Positions 20,201 through 30,410 of a DNA stretch of 32,000 nucleotides are shown one piece after another. The notes beneath the pieces were generated by a model. That model had not been told where the DNA came from. It was given only the letters and a program-made list of their open reading frames with translations, and did not search any database. The position numbers and the translations under genes are program-made. Source of the stretch: a cyanobacterium endosymbiont of Braarudosphaera bigelowii (GTDB lineage: Bacteria > Cyanobacteriota > Cyanobacteriia > Cyanobacteriales > Microcystaceae); the NCBI RefSeq assembly GCF_020885515.1, contig NZ_AP024987.1:900001-932000 (forward strand). Reading direction: 5' to 3'. How positions within the stretch are numbered: position 1 is the stretch's first letter; each line of letters begins with the position of its first letter.

Positions 20201-21253
20201 ATGATGAGTAAAGTTGTTGTAGGTTTATCAGGTGGAGTAGATAGTTCAGTAGCTGCTGCAAGCTTGTGTAATCAGAATTACGAAGTTTCTGGTTTAACTC
20301 TATGGTTAATGAAAGGAAAAGGTCAATGTTGTTCAGAAGGAATGGTAGATGCAGCACATATTTGCGAACAGTTAAGCATTCCTCACTATATTGTAGACGC
20401 TAAAGAATTATTTAAAAAAAATATCGTAGATTATTTGGTATCAGGATATAGATCTGGAATAACTCCCTCACCCTGTTCTCAGTGTAACCGTTCTGTAAAA
20501 TTTAAGCCGATGTTAGATTATGCTGAAAAAGAATTAAACTGTAATTTAATCGCTACTGGTCATTATGCTCGTATACGTTATGATAAAGAAACCGACAAGT
20601 ATCACTTACTAAGAGCAATAGATCGTAGTAAGGACCAATCCTATTTTTTATATGATCTCCCTCAAGAAATACTAGCCAGAACAATTTTTCCATTAGGAGA
20701 GCAAACTAAAGAAGATACTCGTCGTATGGCTACTGAATTTAAACTTAAAACTGCAAACAAACCAGAAAGCCAAGATTTATGCCTTATAGAATCTTATGGT
20801 TCTATGGCATCCTTTTTAGAAAAATATATTCAACCTCAAACAGGAAATATCGTTAATCTAAAGGGTAAGGTTCTAGGCAATCATAAAGGGATTCATAATT
20901 ACACAATCGGTCAAAGAAAGGGACTTGGAATATCAGCCTCAGAACCTTTATATGTATTGAAATTAGACTTTCGTAATAATCAAGTAGTTGTAGGAAAACG
21001 TTCTGATGGGCTTCGTTCTAGTTGTATAATTAAAGACGTAAACTGGATTTCTATATTTGAACCTAATGCTCCTATGAAGGTAGAAGTTCAAGTTAGATAC
21101 CGTTCTCTTGCCGTCTATGCAAACATAATACCTATAGAAAATAATCGTTATAAATTAGTTTTTGAAGAACTACAATTCGGAATTACAGCTGGACAAGCAG
21201 CTGTCTTATACAATGATGATGTTGTTTTAGCTGGAGGAATCATTGAAAAGTAA
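20201..21253 (+). CDS. mnmA: tRNA-specific 2-thiouridylase MnmA
   Basis: 350-aa ORF with P-loop '[18 protein letters not shown]', '[14 protein letters not shown]' and '[16 protein letters not shown]'. Confidence 0.96.
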   Translation: MMSKVVVGLSGGVDSSVAAASLCNQNYEVSGLTLWLMKGKGQCCSEGMVDAAHICEQLSIPHYIVDAKELFKKNIVDYLVSGYRSGITPSPCSQCNRSVKFKPMLDYAEKELNCNLIATGHYARIRYDKETDKYHLLRAIDRSKDQSYFLYDLPQEILARTIFPLGEQTKEDTRRMATEFKLKTANKPESQDLCLIESYGSMASFLEKYIQPQTGNIVNLKGKVLGNHKGIHNYTIGQRKGLGISASEPLYVLKLDFRNNQVVVGKRSDGLRSSCIIKDVNWISIFEPNAPMKVEVQVRYRSLAVYANIIPIENNRYKLVFEELQFGITAGQAAVLYNDDVVLAGGIIEK

Positions 21254-21353
21254 AAAATTCTATTCTAATTTTAGCCTTGTACTATCAAAATATTTGTAAA
21301 GAATACAAGCTACAATTTAATAATCAATTTATTTTTAATAAATGTTTTTTATG

Positions 21354-21389
21354 ACTTATGTACTAAGTTTGTATATTAAGTACATAAGT
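21354..21389. repeat. Inverted repeat between convergent mnmA and ndhB (11-bp perfect arms)
   Basis: ACTTATGTACT-(14 nt)-AGTACATAAGT. Confidence 0.85.
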
Positions 21390-21439
21390 ATATTTTAACT
21401 ATTTGAATTAGAATCATATTATCGATTTTATAATTAATT

Positions 21440-21458
21440 AGGTGGGCATTACCCACCT
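21440..21458. terminator. Compact GC-rich hairpin downstream of ndhB; probable terminator without a T-tract
   Basis: AGGTGGG-CATTA-CCCACCT, about 32 nt past the ndhB stop, in an otherwise AT-rich spacer. Confidence 0.6.
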
Positions 21459-21489
21459 TACTATTACTAATCTTATTGGAGCTGTAGTT

Positions 21490-23052
21490 TCAATCTATTG
21501 ACATGACTAATGCTTCTGTTTTAGAAACATGAATACTATCAACGCTTGCTTGTAAGATTGGAGTACTTAGTACTGAATCATGAGCTAAGGTGACTAAAGG
21601 ATTAGATAGGATTCCTATCAAAGAAGTTGCTACTACGGATAAAACTAAGCCAACCTGTAAAGGTCTCATTCCTGGTAAGTCCCATCTAACTCTAGGATAG
21701 TTTTTAACAGCATCAGACATTTCACTTTCTTCCTTGACAACCATCATTTTTACTACACGAATGTAATAATAGATGGATATAACACTAGTAACTAATGCTA
21801 ATGATACTAAAGTGTAAAGTTCAGCCTGCCAGCCTGCCCAGAAAAGATAAATCTTACCAAAGAATCCTGCTAGCGGAGGAATGCCACCAAGGGAAAGTAA
21901 AGATATACTAAGATATAAAGTTAGTAAAGGATCCTTTTGATATAGTCCTGAGTAATCACTGATTTTATCCGTTCCAGTTTGAAGAGAGAAAAGGATTACA
22001 CCACTAAAAGCTCCTAAGTTCATAAATAGGTATACTAGTAGATAAAATAGCATACTAGAATATCCAATATCCGTTCCCGCAATTAAACCTATCATTACGA
22101 ATCCTGCTTGAGCGATTGAAGAATAGGCCAGCATTCTTTTCATGCTTGTTTGGGCTAAAGCTACTATATTTCCTAGTATCATACTCATGATGGCTAAAGC
22201 AGTGAAAATTAGATGCCATTCATCTGTTATAGAAGAAAAAGCAGTTACCAGTAAGCGAATAGCTAAAGCAAAACCAGCCGTTTTAGATCCTACAGAAAGA
22301 AAAGCAACCACTGGTGTAGGTGATCCTTCGTAGACATCTGGTGTCCACTGATGAAAAGGAACTGCGGATATTTTAAACGCGATGCCAGCAATCATAAATA
22401 CTAAAGCAACTGCTAACTCCAAAGAAGAACTACGGCTGCCATTCGCAATATTACTAGATATAGAGCTAAGAATTGTTTCTCCTCCTGATATTCCATATAG
22501 AAGAGAAGCTCCATAAAGGAAAATAGCTGTGCTAGAAGCTCCTATTAAAAGATATTTTAAAGCTGCTTCGTTAGACCGAGGATCACGTTTCATATATCCT
22601 GTCATTAGATATGAAGAAATACTTAGCACCTCCATAGAAATAAAAATCATCACTAGTTCATTAGCACCACAAAGGAACATGGCTCCAAGTGTAGCTGTTA
22701 ACATTATGACTATAAATTCTGCTAAGGGTGTTCCTGTTTGTTCTATATATCGAATAGACATAGAAATAGTAATAATTGTAGATAAAGCAATAATTACTCT
22801 AAAAATAATACTTAAATGATCTCCATTAAAGCCTCCTAAAAAACTTATAGTAGAGGGATTGTTCCAATTAATGTAAAGAGAAATTAGTGAAGCAAACAAG
22901 CCAATTATTGCTCCATAAGGAAGCCATATTCTGGCGTTACGTCCTCCAATTAAATCTCCAACGAGAATCAAGATCAAAGTGATAATGACAATTCCTTCAG
23001 GAAGAATTGTTCCAGCATTGAGTTGGCTGGCAATATTGCTAGAAAAGTCCAT
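21490..23052 (-). CDS. ndhB: NAD(P)H-quinone oxidoreductase subunit 2 (NDH-1)
   Basis: 520-aa ORF with many TM segments, '[46 protein letters not shown]' and '[19 protein letters not shown]'. Confidence 0.97.
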   Translation of the reverse strand: MDFSSNIASQLNAGTILPEGIVIITLILILVGDLIGGRNARIWLPYGAIIGLFASLISLYINWNNPSTISFLGGFNGDHLSIIFRVIIALSTIITISMSIRYIEQTGTPLAEFIVIMLTATLGAMFLCGANELVMIFISMEVLSISSYLMTGYMKRDPRSNEAALKYLLIGASSTAIFLYGASLLYGISGGETILSSISSNIANGSRSSSLELAVALVFMIAGIAFKISAVPFHQWTPDVYEGSPTPVVAFLSVGSKTAGFALAIRLLVTAFSSITDEWHLIFTALAIMSMILGNIVALAQTSMKRMLAYSSIAQAGFVMIGLIAGTDIGYSSMLFYLLVYLFMNLGAFSGVILFSLQTGTDKISDYSGLYQKDPLLTLYLSISLLSLGGIPPLAGFFGKIYLFWAGWQAELYTLVSLALVTSVISIYYYIRVVKMMVVKEESEMSDAVKNYPRVRWDLPGMRPLQVGLVLSVVATSLIGILSNPLVTLAHDSVLSTPILQASVDSIHVSKTEALVMSID

Positions 23053-23287
23053 AAGTTAATTAGTAACAGAGGTTCGTAAAAAATATCTAAGCTCTTAAAC
23101 TTGAGATATCTGTATTTGATGAGATAAACGTCCTTCTGCAATCATAAGATATAGAAGTAAAATCATGCTAGTTTTTATACAAGTAATCACGTCTCAAAAA
23201 AATTATTTCAATATCGTTACTATTATTTTTTATTTAAAATACTCATTTTTTGCCAATAATTCTTAACTTTATGTGTCGTTAGAGTAT

Positions 23288-23830
23288 CTATCTTATACAA
23301 AGATAACATTTGGACCATCTCTGTAATTCGCGTAAAGAGGCTGGACGTTGGCATTTTGGACAAATTGAAAAAGATGTTAATTTATTTTTTACGGCCATAG
23401 TCCATTTCTCAAAAGCTTCTTGAGCGGTTTCATCTTTTCTTATAGTAATTTTAGAAACAGATGAATAAGAATTTTTATGTGAGAAAAAACAAGCTTTTTC
23501 TTTCTTATATGGAGGACTTTTAAAAAGTTTCTTTTCAGACCATTTAGCTGAAGAGAAGTGAAGTTTATTAATGGAAGTAACTAATAAATGCTGATTAATT
23601 TTTTTAAGTAAAGAATATTGTTGGAATGATAATTCTTGAGACCATCCTGAGCTTGAAGTTGCAATATAAACAATATCTTGACTAATAGATAATATATCTG
23701 TGTTGATTAGAATATCATGTGTAACTATAGCTTTCCATATGTTACATATCTCCATATACCTATGGTAATCAATCCAATGTCCTTGTTTTGCTAGTGATTC
23801 TAGTGGTGTATCGAGTGAAGTAAGTGCCAT
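23288..23830 (-). CDS. DUF721/DciA-like protein with C-terminal CxxC..CxxC tail
   Basis: 180-aa ORF; DUF721-like core 'ICNIWKAIV...VYIATSSSGWSQELSFQQYSLLKKINQHL..SINKLHFSSAKW' and a tail 'ICPKCQRPASLRELQRWSKCYLCIR'. Confidence 0.75.
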   Translation of the reverse strand: MALTSLDTPLESLAKQGHWIDYHRYMEICNIWKAIVTHDILINTDILSISQDIVYIATSSSGWSQELSFQQYSLLKKINQHLLVTSINKLHFSSAKWSEKKLFKSPPYKKEKACFFSHKNSYSSVSKITIRKDETAQEAFEKWTMAVKNKLTSFSICPKCQRPASLRELQRWSKCYLCIR

Positions 23831-24077
23831 CTTGACAAAAGTGGTAAATATAAAAGTATTTTTGTTTTAGTCTATTTTTGCGGAATATGTATTAATTTAC
23901 TATATGGCTAAATAATAAAATATGTGTTCATATTGTTATTAGCAATCTCTTAAAACAATATAAAATCTGTTAATAAAATTACGACATATCTATTATAAAA
24001 ATGTTGTTTTAATATAAATAAGTTAATTAATTTTGTTAGTATAAATATTTTAATCAAATTACTATTGTCACTATATT

Positions 24078-25238
24078 ATGCAGATTTATCTCGACTATAG
24101 TTCTACAACTCCTCCCCGGCCAGAAGTAGTTACTTGTGTTAATCAAGTGCTTTCAGAAAATTGGGGTAATCCCTCCAGCATACATCAGTGGGGAAAGAAA
24201 GCTTCTATGATTCTAGAAACAGCAAGAAAACAAATAACTAATTCAATCAAAGCTAATGATCTAGAATCAATTATTTTTACGTCAGGGGGAACTGAAGCTA
24301 ACAATTTAGCTATTTTAGGTATTGCCAAACAATATAAAAAAAGACAACATATTATTATTTCTAGTGTTGAACATTCATCAATTAATAAACCTATAAAGTT
24401 TTTAGAAACTCATGGGTGGAAAGTAACTCGTTTACCTGTAAATTGTCAGGGTAGAATTAATCCTCATGATTTAAAAGCTGCTATTAGAAAAGATACTATT
24501 CTTATTTCTATAATTTATGGGCAAAGTGAAGTAGGAACAGTACAACCTATTAAAGAACTATGTCAAATTGCAAAAAGTTATGATATTCTTTTTCATACAG
24601 ATGCAGCACAAGCAATTGGTAAATTAGCTATTAATGTTCAAGATTTAAATGTTGACTTATTATCTTTCTCAGCTCATAAAATTTATGGAATTCAAGGGGC
24701 CGGAGCTTTATATATACGTCCAGGAATTAAAATTTCTCCTTTACTTTATGGAGGAGGACAAGAGCAGGAAATACGTTCTGGAACTCAATCCTTAGCTACT
24801 ATCGCTGGTTTTGGAGTCGCTACGGAATTAGTCTGCGAGGAAATAATTGAAGAAAATAATAGATTAATACAGTTACGAAATCAATTATTTAAGTATATGT
24901 CTGATTGTCCTTATCTAATTCTTAGTGGACATCAAGAATATCGTCTTCCTCATCATGTAAGCTTTATTGTTTCGAATTTATCAAAGAACCAAAAATTGAA
25001 AAAAATCACTGGTCAAACTATTGTTCGTCATATGAACTTAGCAGGTATTGGTATTAGTGCTGGCTCAGCCTGTCATAGCGGTAAATTGATTCCCAGTCCA
25101 ATACTATTAGCCATGGGATACTCCGCAAGTGATGCAATAAGCGGAATTCGTTTAACTTTAGGCAAAGACACTACTATAAATGATATTACTTGGACAGCTA
25201 CTGTTTTAAAACAAATTCTTAGTCATTTATTTGAATAA
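24078..25238 (+). CDS. Cysteine desulfurase (NifS/IscS family)
   Basis: 386-aa ORF with 'IYLDYSSTTPPRPEV', PLP lysine 'LLSFSAHKIYGIQGAGALYIR' and catalytic Cys region 'GISAGSACHSGK'. Confidence 0.95.
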   Translation: MQIYLDYSSTTPPRPEVVTCVNQVLSENWGNPSSIHQWGKKASMILETARKQITNSIKANDLESIIFTSGGTEANNLAILGIAKQYKKRQHIIISSVEHSSINKPIKFLETHGWKVTRLPVNCQGRINPHDLKAAIRKDTILISIIYGQSEVGTVQPIKELCQIAKSYDILFHTDAAQAIGKLAINVQDLNVDLLSFSAHKIYGIQGAGALYIRPGIKISPLLYGGGQEQEIRSGTQSLATIAGFGVATELVCEEIIEENNRLIQLRNQLFKYMSDCPYLILSGHQEYRLPHHVSFIVSNLSKNQKLKKITGQTIVRHMNLAGIGISAGSACHSGKLIPSPILLAMGYSASDAISGIRLTLGKDTTINDITWTATVLKQILSHLFE

Positions 25239-25247
25239 TTTATATTA

Positions 25248-26639
25248 TTATATTTCCCCTCCAATAATTATGTTATTAATACGTAAACTTGGCCCTCCAC
25301 AACCTACAGGTAAGCCATTTTGACCTTCTTTACAACAACCTCCTGATTCATCCCAATCAAAATCATTACCAATTGCCTCAATATTTCTTAGTGTCTTAAA
25401 TGTATTTCCTGATAGTGTAACATCTCTTATTGGTTCGGCAATTTGACCATTCCTTATCATCCAAGCTTCCCCTGCACTAAAAGTATATGTTTCTCCATTA
25501 GTCATCCCTCCCAACCAATTTTTCGCATAGACTCCTTTCTTAATACCATCGAATAAATTTTTAACTGGAGTTTTTCCTCGTTCAATCCAAGTATTAGTCA
25601 TCCGAACCAAAGGAGGATAGTAGTAGTTTAAACAACGTGCATTACCGGTAGGACGTTCATTAAGTTTTCCTGCTGTTTCACGAGAATGAAGTCTACCAAC
25701 TACTAAGCCATTTTCAACAAGTTGAGTAGTTGTAGCTGGAACTCCTTCATCATCATAGAAATAGCTTCCTCTATGTCCCTGAGGTGCTGCTCCATCAAAA
25801 ATTTGTAATATTTTAGGTCCAAATTTTCTCCCTAAGCTAATTACTTCTGAAAGTTCTGGATTTTTACAAAATATATCAGCTTCTGAAAAATGTCCAAAAG
25901 CCTCATGAACAAACAATCCGGTTAAAATTGGATCTATAACTACTGTATAGCAACCGCCCTTTACTGAGGGCATGGTCAAAGCATTGATAGCTCTTGTTGC
26001 TGCACTTCGTACTTTTTTATCTAGTCCAGTTAATTTGTCATAGCCCTCCCTGGATCCAGTAGTTTCTCGCCCGATCTTTAAATTTTCACCATTTTGTGCA
26101 ATTGCAGAAAATCTCATTTCGATATCAATCCAGGATTGATCAATCATCATTCCTTCAGATGTTACAATAATTACGTGATGAGAACTATCATTGTAACTAA
26201 CTAAAGTAGTTGTAATCTGATGACTTACAGTTTGTAAAATATCATTATATTTATAACATAGTTCTTTTTTCTCTAATAAACTAACCTTGAATGGATTACG
26301 ACTAGTTAAAGGAAGTTCACATGTAGTCTGAATAGGGATGACAGGTGCAAGAATAGTTCTATTTGTCCCTACAAAAATTGCTGAGCCAATTGCTTTTTCT
26401 ATACTTTGAAACAAATGAGAAAATGAATCAAAAGAAGAAAAACCCCATCCTCCTTTATGACAAGCACGTACTTGTCCCCCTTTTGAAGTAGTTTCACTAA
26501 AATTTTCTGTTGTATTTGTCCGTAATTGAATATTAGTTCCTTCACAAGTTTCAAGTCTAATAGCTAAATAGTCAACACGATAGCGATTTTTAGCTATTAA
26601 ATCATAAAGTATATTTTTATAGCTGTTAATATTATGCAT
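25248..26639 (-). CDS. tldD: TldD-type metalloprotease homologue (TldD/PmbA family)
   Basis: 463-aa ORF with HExxxH motif 'LFVHEAFGHFSEAD' and C-terminal '...GGCCKEGQNGLPVGCGGPSLRINNIIIGG'. Confidence 0.92.
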   Translation of the reverse strand: MHNINSYKNILYDLIAKNRYRVDYLAIRLETCEGTNIQLRTNTTENFSETTSKGGQVRACHKGGWGFSSFDSFSHLFQSIEKAIGSAIFVGTNRTILAPVIPIQTTCELPLTSRNPFKVSLLEKKELCYKYNDILQTVSHQITTTLVSYNDSSHHVIIVTSEGMMIDQSWIDIEMRFSAIAQNGENLKIGRETTGSREGYDKLTGLDKKVRSAATRAINALTMPSVKGGCYTVVIDPILTGLFVHEAFGHFSEADIFCKNPELSEVISLGRKFGPKILQIFDGAAPQGHRGSYFYDDEGVPATTTQLVENGLVVGRLHSRETAGKLNERPTGNARCLNYYYPPLVRMTNTWIERGKTPVKNLFDGIKKGVYAKNWLGGMTNGETYTFSAGEAWMIRNGQIAEPIRDVTLSGNTFKTLRNIEAIGNDFDWDESGGCCKEGQNGLPVGCGGPSLRINNIIIGGEI

Positions 26640-26756
26640 AACTAGAAAATTGTCTTAGTCATTAGAATCATACGATAATAATTAACTTAATTAAAATTAT
26701 TTTTTTTTAATACTATTAATAACTATATAGGTAAAATTATGGAATGATAAATTGAA

Positions 26757-26799
26757 CTAAAAGTTATTTTGGTGTTATGGAGGTTGAATCAACTTTTAG
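26757..26799. repeat. Inverted repeat (9-bp perfect arms) downstream of the anti-sigma gene
   Basis: CTAAAAGTT-(25 nt)-AACTTTTAG. Confidence 0.65.
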
Positions 26800-26856
26800 A
26801 GTGTACTAATATCCACGATATCAACAATTACGTAGTATAAGATGGTAAAGTTTCTA

Positions 26857-27423
26857 TTATCTATTTCTAGTGTTTGGTATCTCTAACACAGGTCTATTTA
26901 AAGCAATTGTTAGAGCTTGATTTTCATTTTTCTGAACATAATGATGAAATATAAATCCGTCTTGTAACCAAATACCACTGAATATCATAACCATAGTACC
27001 TAAGCTGCCAAGAATAGTATTAAATTTTTTACGCTGTTGACGATCAATTTTATCAAAGATGTCTTGAGAAAAAGCGGATTTAGATTTAATACTTACAGGT
27101 GTAGAAATAATAAAGGTTTCTCTTTTAATTCGTAGTAATGCTTTATATGATTTATTAAAATTTGGATCAGTATCTAACCAATATTTTATCATTCTACTTT
27201 CTTTAGATGTAACTTCACCATCGATATAGGCACTTAATAATTCGAAACGCTTAGATTCGTCTTTTACGTTATTGTATTGTTCTGTTATAGACCTTTTCTT
27301 ATGTTTAGAATTAGACAATGTGACTAAACTCCCTATATATAGACCAAGAACTTTGGTTGCAGAGGCGGGAATTAATATTAGTATTGTCGTGATACTCCTT
27401 ATTAATGAAGAAGAAAACCACAA
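26857..27423 (-). CDS. Anti-sigma factor, RseA-like (probable true start is downstream of the annotated one)
   Basis: Core 'RFELLSAYIDGEVTSKESRMIKYWLDTDPNFNKSYKALLRIK' and a TM segment 'ILGSLGTMVMIFSGIWL'. It sits directly downstream of an ECF-like sigma gene. Confidence 0.8.
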   Translation of the reverse strand: MWFSSSLIRSITTILILIPASATKVLGLYIGSLVTLSNSKHKKRSITEQYNNVKDESKRFELLSAYIDGEVTSKESRMIKYWLDTDPNFNKSYKALLRIKRETFIISTPVSIKSKSAFSQDIFDKIDRQQRKKFNTILGSLGTMVMIFSGIWLQDGFIFHHYVQKNENQALTIALNRPVLEIPNTRNR

Positions 27424-27434
27424 TGAAACTAAAA

Positions 27435-28100
27435 TTAATCAATATATTTTTGTAAAACAGTTTGAAGCTTTGCTCTAGCCCTCGCAATTCTTGACTTAAC
27501 TGTTCCTAAAGAAACTTCTGTCATTTCTGCAATTTCTTCATAGGCTAAGCCTTCTATTTCACGAAGAACTATTGCAACACGAAATGCCTCTGGTAGGCCA
27601 GCAATTGCAGCTTGTAAGCGGTCGTAAAATTCACGAGTCGCAAGATTGTCGTCAGGACTTGGATAATCTGAAACAATATCCCATTCTATTTCTCCATCAT
27701 CTACTCTTCTAGGTGCGTCTAGGGACATAGGATGGCGAACTCGTTTACGTTTCCGGAGTTCATCATAAAATAAGTTTGTTGCTATACGACTTAACCATCC
27801 TCTAAATTTTACTGGTTCATTAAGTCTTTTTACATTTCTATAAACACGAATCCAAACCTCTTGAGCAAGATCTGCACGATCCTGCCAATCAGGTGCTAAG
27901 TGATAAAGAACTCTGTCAACATGAGATTGGTAGCGATTTAATAATTCGGTAAATGCTCCTCTATCAGGATTAACTCCTTTCTGACATAAGATAATAAGAT
28001 CATAATTGGAGAGCTTTTCTGGAGGCACTTTAGATTGATACTTTTGCCATTGGCTGAACAGACCAGGTGCCGAAATTGCTTGACTCATAAGTTTACCCAA
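27435..28100 (-). CDS. sigG: RNA polymerase sigma factor, group 3 / ECF-like (SigG type)
   Basis: 221-aa ORF with region 2 'DLAQEVWIRVYRNVKRLNEPVKFRGWLSRIATNLFYDELRKRKR' and region 4 'LPEAFRVAIVLREIEGLAYEEIAEMTEVSLGTVKSRIARARAKL'. Confidence 0.9.
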   Translation of the reverse strand: MGKLMSQAISAPGLFSQWQKYQSKVPPEKLSNYDLIILCQKGVNPDRGAFTELLNRYQSHVDRVLYHLAPDWQDRADLAQEVWIRVYRNVKRLNEPVKFRGWLSRIATNLFYDELRKRKRVRHPMSLDAPRRVDDGEIEWDIVSDYPSPDDNLATREFYDRLQAAIAGLPEAFRVAIVLREIEGLAYEEIAEMTEVSLGTVKSRIARARAKLQTVLQKYID

Positions 28101-28321
28101 GATATATCTTTTTATCCCTGATATTCTTCATCAGAGGACGTAAATCCATAAAAATAGTTCCTTAAACTTCGAAATTTTAGAATAGTCTAATTTTAGTTAC
28201 TAATAGTATGGAGAATAACTTATTACACTTACAATAATAATGCTGTAGATAGTCAGTAATTTTTGCGTATTATTATTCTAATATCAAAGAATTATTTCAA
28301 TAGTTAAATTAGAGCTAAATT

Positions 28322-29161
28322 ATGTATTTTGCTAAATATCAAGGTTTAGGTAATGATTTTATTTTGATTGATAACAGAAGTAGTTCTAAGCTTCTATTAT
28401 CTTCTGAACAAATATTGAAAATGTGTAATCGTCATTTTGGAATTGGGGCTGATGGAATTATTTTTGTTTTAGCTGGAAATGAAATTAGCGACTATGGTAT
28501 GCGCATTTTTAATTCTGATGGCTCAGAGCCGGAAATGTGTGGTAATGGGATTCGTTGCTTAGTAAGTTTTATTAGTACTTTAGAAAAGTTTGAAAAGACT
28601 AGTAAAACTTATAAGATAAGTACATTGGCAGGTATTATAAGCGCTGAACTACAAACTAAAAAACAAGTAAAGGTAGAAATGGGAATTCCTCTACTTTTAA
28701 ATAAACAAATTCCTACAACTTTAAAAGACAAGAACAACACAGTTATAAATTATCCATTAGAGATAGAAAAAGAAATTTGGCCGGTTACCTGTATTAATAT
28801 CGGCAATCCTCATTGTGTTACTTTTATTAAAAATAGTGATTTGATTGATTTGGAGAAGTTGGGTCCATTATTTGAACATCACTCTGTTTTTCCAGAACGT
28901 ATTAATACAGAGTTTGTTGAAGTTATACGTTCTAATTACTTAAAAATGCGAGTTTGGGAGAGAGGTGCAGGAGCTACTTTAGCTTGCGGAACAGGTGCTT
29001 GTGCATCAGTTGTTGCAGGAGTTGTGGCTAAAAAAAATGATCGAATATGTACTGTTGAATTACCTGGAGGATGTCTTTCTATTGAGTGGATGGAAGATAA
29101 CGGTAAAGTATATATGACCGGAAGTGCAGAAGAAGTTTTTACAGGACAATATACTCAATAA
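28322..29161 (+). CDS. dapF: Diaminopimelate epimerase
   Basis: 279-aa ORF with catalytic Cys motifs 'PEMCGNGIRC' and 'GAGATLACGTGACAS'. Confidence 0.97.
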   Translation: MYFAKYQGLGNDFILIDNRSSSKLLLSSEQILKMCNRHFGIGADGIIFVLAGNEISDYGMRIFNSDGSEPEMCGNGIRCLVSFISTLEKFEKTSKTYKISTLAGIISAELQTKKQVKVEMGIPLLLNKQIPTTLKDKNNTVINYPLEIEKEIWPVTCINIGNPHCVTFIKNSDLIDLEKLGPLFEHHSVFPERINTEFVEVIRSNYLKMRVWERGAGATLACGTGACASVVAGVVAKKNDRICTVELPGGCLSIEWMEDNGKVYMTGSAEEVFTGQYTQ

Positions 29162-29206
29162 ATTCTATTGTACTAATCTAGTAGATGGTTTTCTAAATAC
29201 TCTTTG

Positions 29207-29261
29207 AGTATAGATTAGGGCATTTATCTTTTAAAACAATAAATACTCTAATCTATATACT
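29207..29261. repeat. Long imperfect hairpin downstream of dapF (about 19 bp)
   Basis: AGTATAGATTAGGGCATTTAT-(11 nt)-ATAAATACTCTAATCTATATACT, with one C.A mismatch, one G-U and a 2-nt bulge near the base. Confidence 0.8.
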
Positions 29262-29303
29262 TTATATATGAATATATAAAAACCACGTTTAATAGTTCTA
29301 TGT

Positions 29304-30080
29304 ATGGTATTTTTTAATTATCTTAAATTACTGATTATTATTTTTGGCTTATTCATACCAAAAATATCTACACTATGCGCACAAGATAATGATTTTATCA
29401 ATTTTTTGTCTTTGCCTCAGACACATCCTTTACCAATTACCCTAAAACAAGTCAATGATCAGTCATATTCAAATAATTATTTGAATATTATTAAAAGTGA
29501 TCTTATAGGGTATCTCGTGTGGTCTAGATTCCCTGTAAAAGTCTACATAGACAAAATTAATTACTCAAATATTGATCAAATATCTACTGAACAACTAAGA
29601 ATCAATCAATGGTTCAGTATTGTCAAGAAGGCTATTTTTGAGTGGAGTTTTTACTTACCTATAGTAGAAACTTCTAATATCGAGCTTGCAGAAATTATTA
29701 TTTCAAGAACGGAACCACCATTAATGATCAAAAACCTTTTAAGGAAAGAACACTTACAAATAATAAAAGCGAAAACTGCACAAACTAGTTATAAATTTTA
29801 TATCCATAATGACATATTGCTTCATAGTATGATGATAAATATTAGTTCAAATTTAGGAGAAATTTCTACTTTGTCTGCAGCACGACATGAACTAGGACAC
29901 GGGCTAGGTATTTGGGGACATAGTATGGACAAAGGTGATGTTCTTTACTATTCTTCAACTAATTTACTTACTCCTATATCTTCAAAAGATATTAATACAT
30001 TAAAACAAATATACAAGCAACCCACTCGTTTAGGATGGAAAGTATTTAATAATAAGAAGTTAAGCATAGGAGAACTGTAA
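29304..30080 (+). CDS. Secreted matrixin-like zinc metalloprotease
   Basis: 258-aa ORF with a signal-like N-terminus and the metzincin-type zinc motif 'AARHELGHGLGIWGHSMDKGDVLYY'. Confidence 0.8.
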   Translation: MVFFNYLKLLIIIFGLFIPKISTLCAQDNDFINFLSLPQTHPLPITLKQVNDQSYSNNYLNIIKSDLIGYLVWSRFPVKVYIDKINYSNIDQISTEQLRINQWFSIVKKAIFEWSFYLPIVETSNIELAEIIISRTEPPLMIKNLLRKEHLQIIKAKTAQTSYKFYIHNDILLHSMMINISSNLGEISTLSAARHELGHGLGIWGHSMDKGDVLYYSSTNLLTPISSKDINTLKQIYKQPTRLGWKVFNNKKLSIGEL

Positions 30081-30122
30081 AGTATATAAGTTCTTATTAT
30101 CCTCAGAAAAATTTTATATACT
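30081..30122. repeat. Inverted repeat directly after the protease stop codon
   Basis: AGTATATAA-(24 nt)-TTATATACT, 9-bp perfect arms. Confidence 0.6.
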
Positions 30123-30349
30123 ATAGGTAGTACATAATCTATAGCAATATGATTACTCAATAAACATACTAGATTTTTAAATAATATTTCTCTATATTAG
30201 ATTTAGAAGTTTTCTAAAAATTAATATTTAAATACAATATTGAGTTAACGAGATTTTTTTCTGGAGTAATTAATCTTTACTCATAATTGACAAAGCGGTT
30301 AAGCTATAGATTTAATTTGGTGTATTGATACTATCAAGTTTCTTTAAGT

Positions 30350-30402
30350 TTGAAATTATATATTTATAATAATTTTTAATATCTACTATTACATAATTTC
30401 AA
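30350..30402. repeat. Inverted repeat 8 nt past the stop codon of the 307-aa ORF
   Basis: TTGAAATTAT-(33 nt)-ATAATTTCAA, 10-bp perfect arms. Confidence 0.6.
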
Positions 30403-30410
30403 TAGTAACT

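Noticed and set aside
22142-22819. Two plus-strand ORFs (63 and 96 aa) antisense to ndhB
   Set aside because: Antisense shadow ORFs over conserved ndhB.
27272-27478. 68-aa plus-strand ORF at the sigma/anti-sigma junction
   Set aside because: Antisense to both genes and no family signal.
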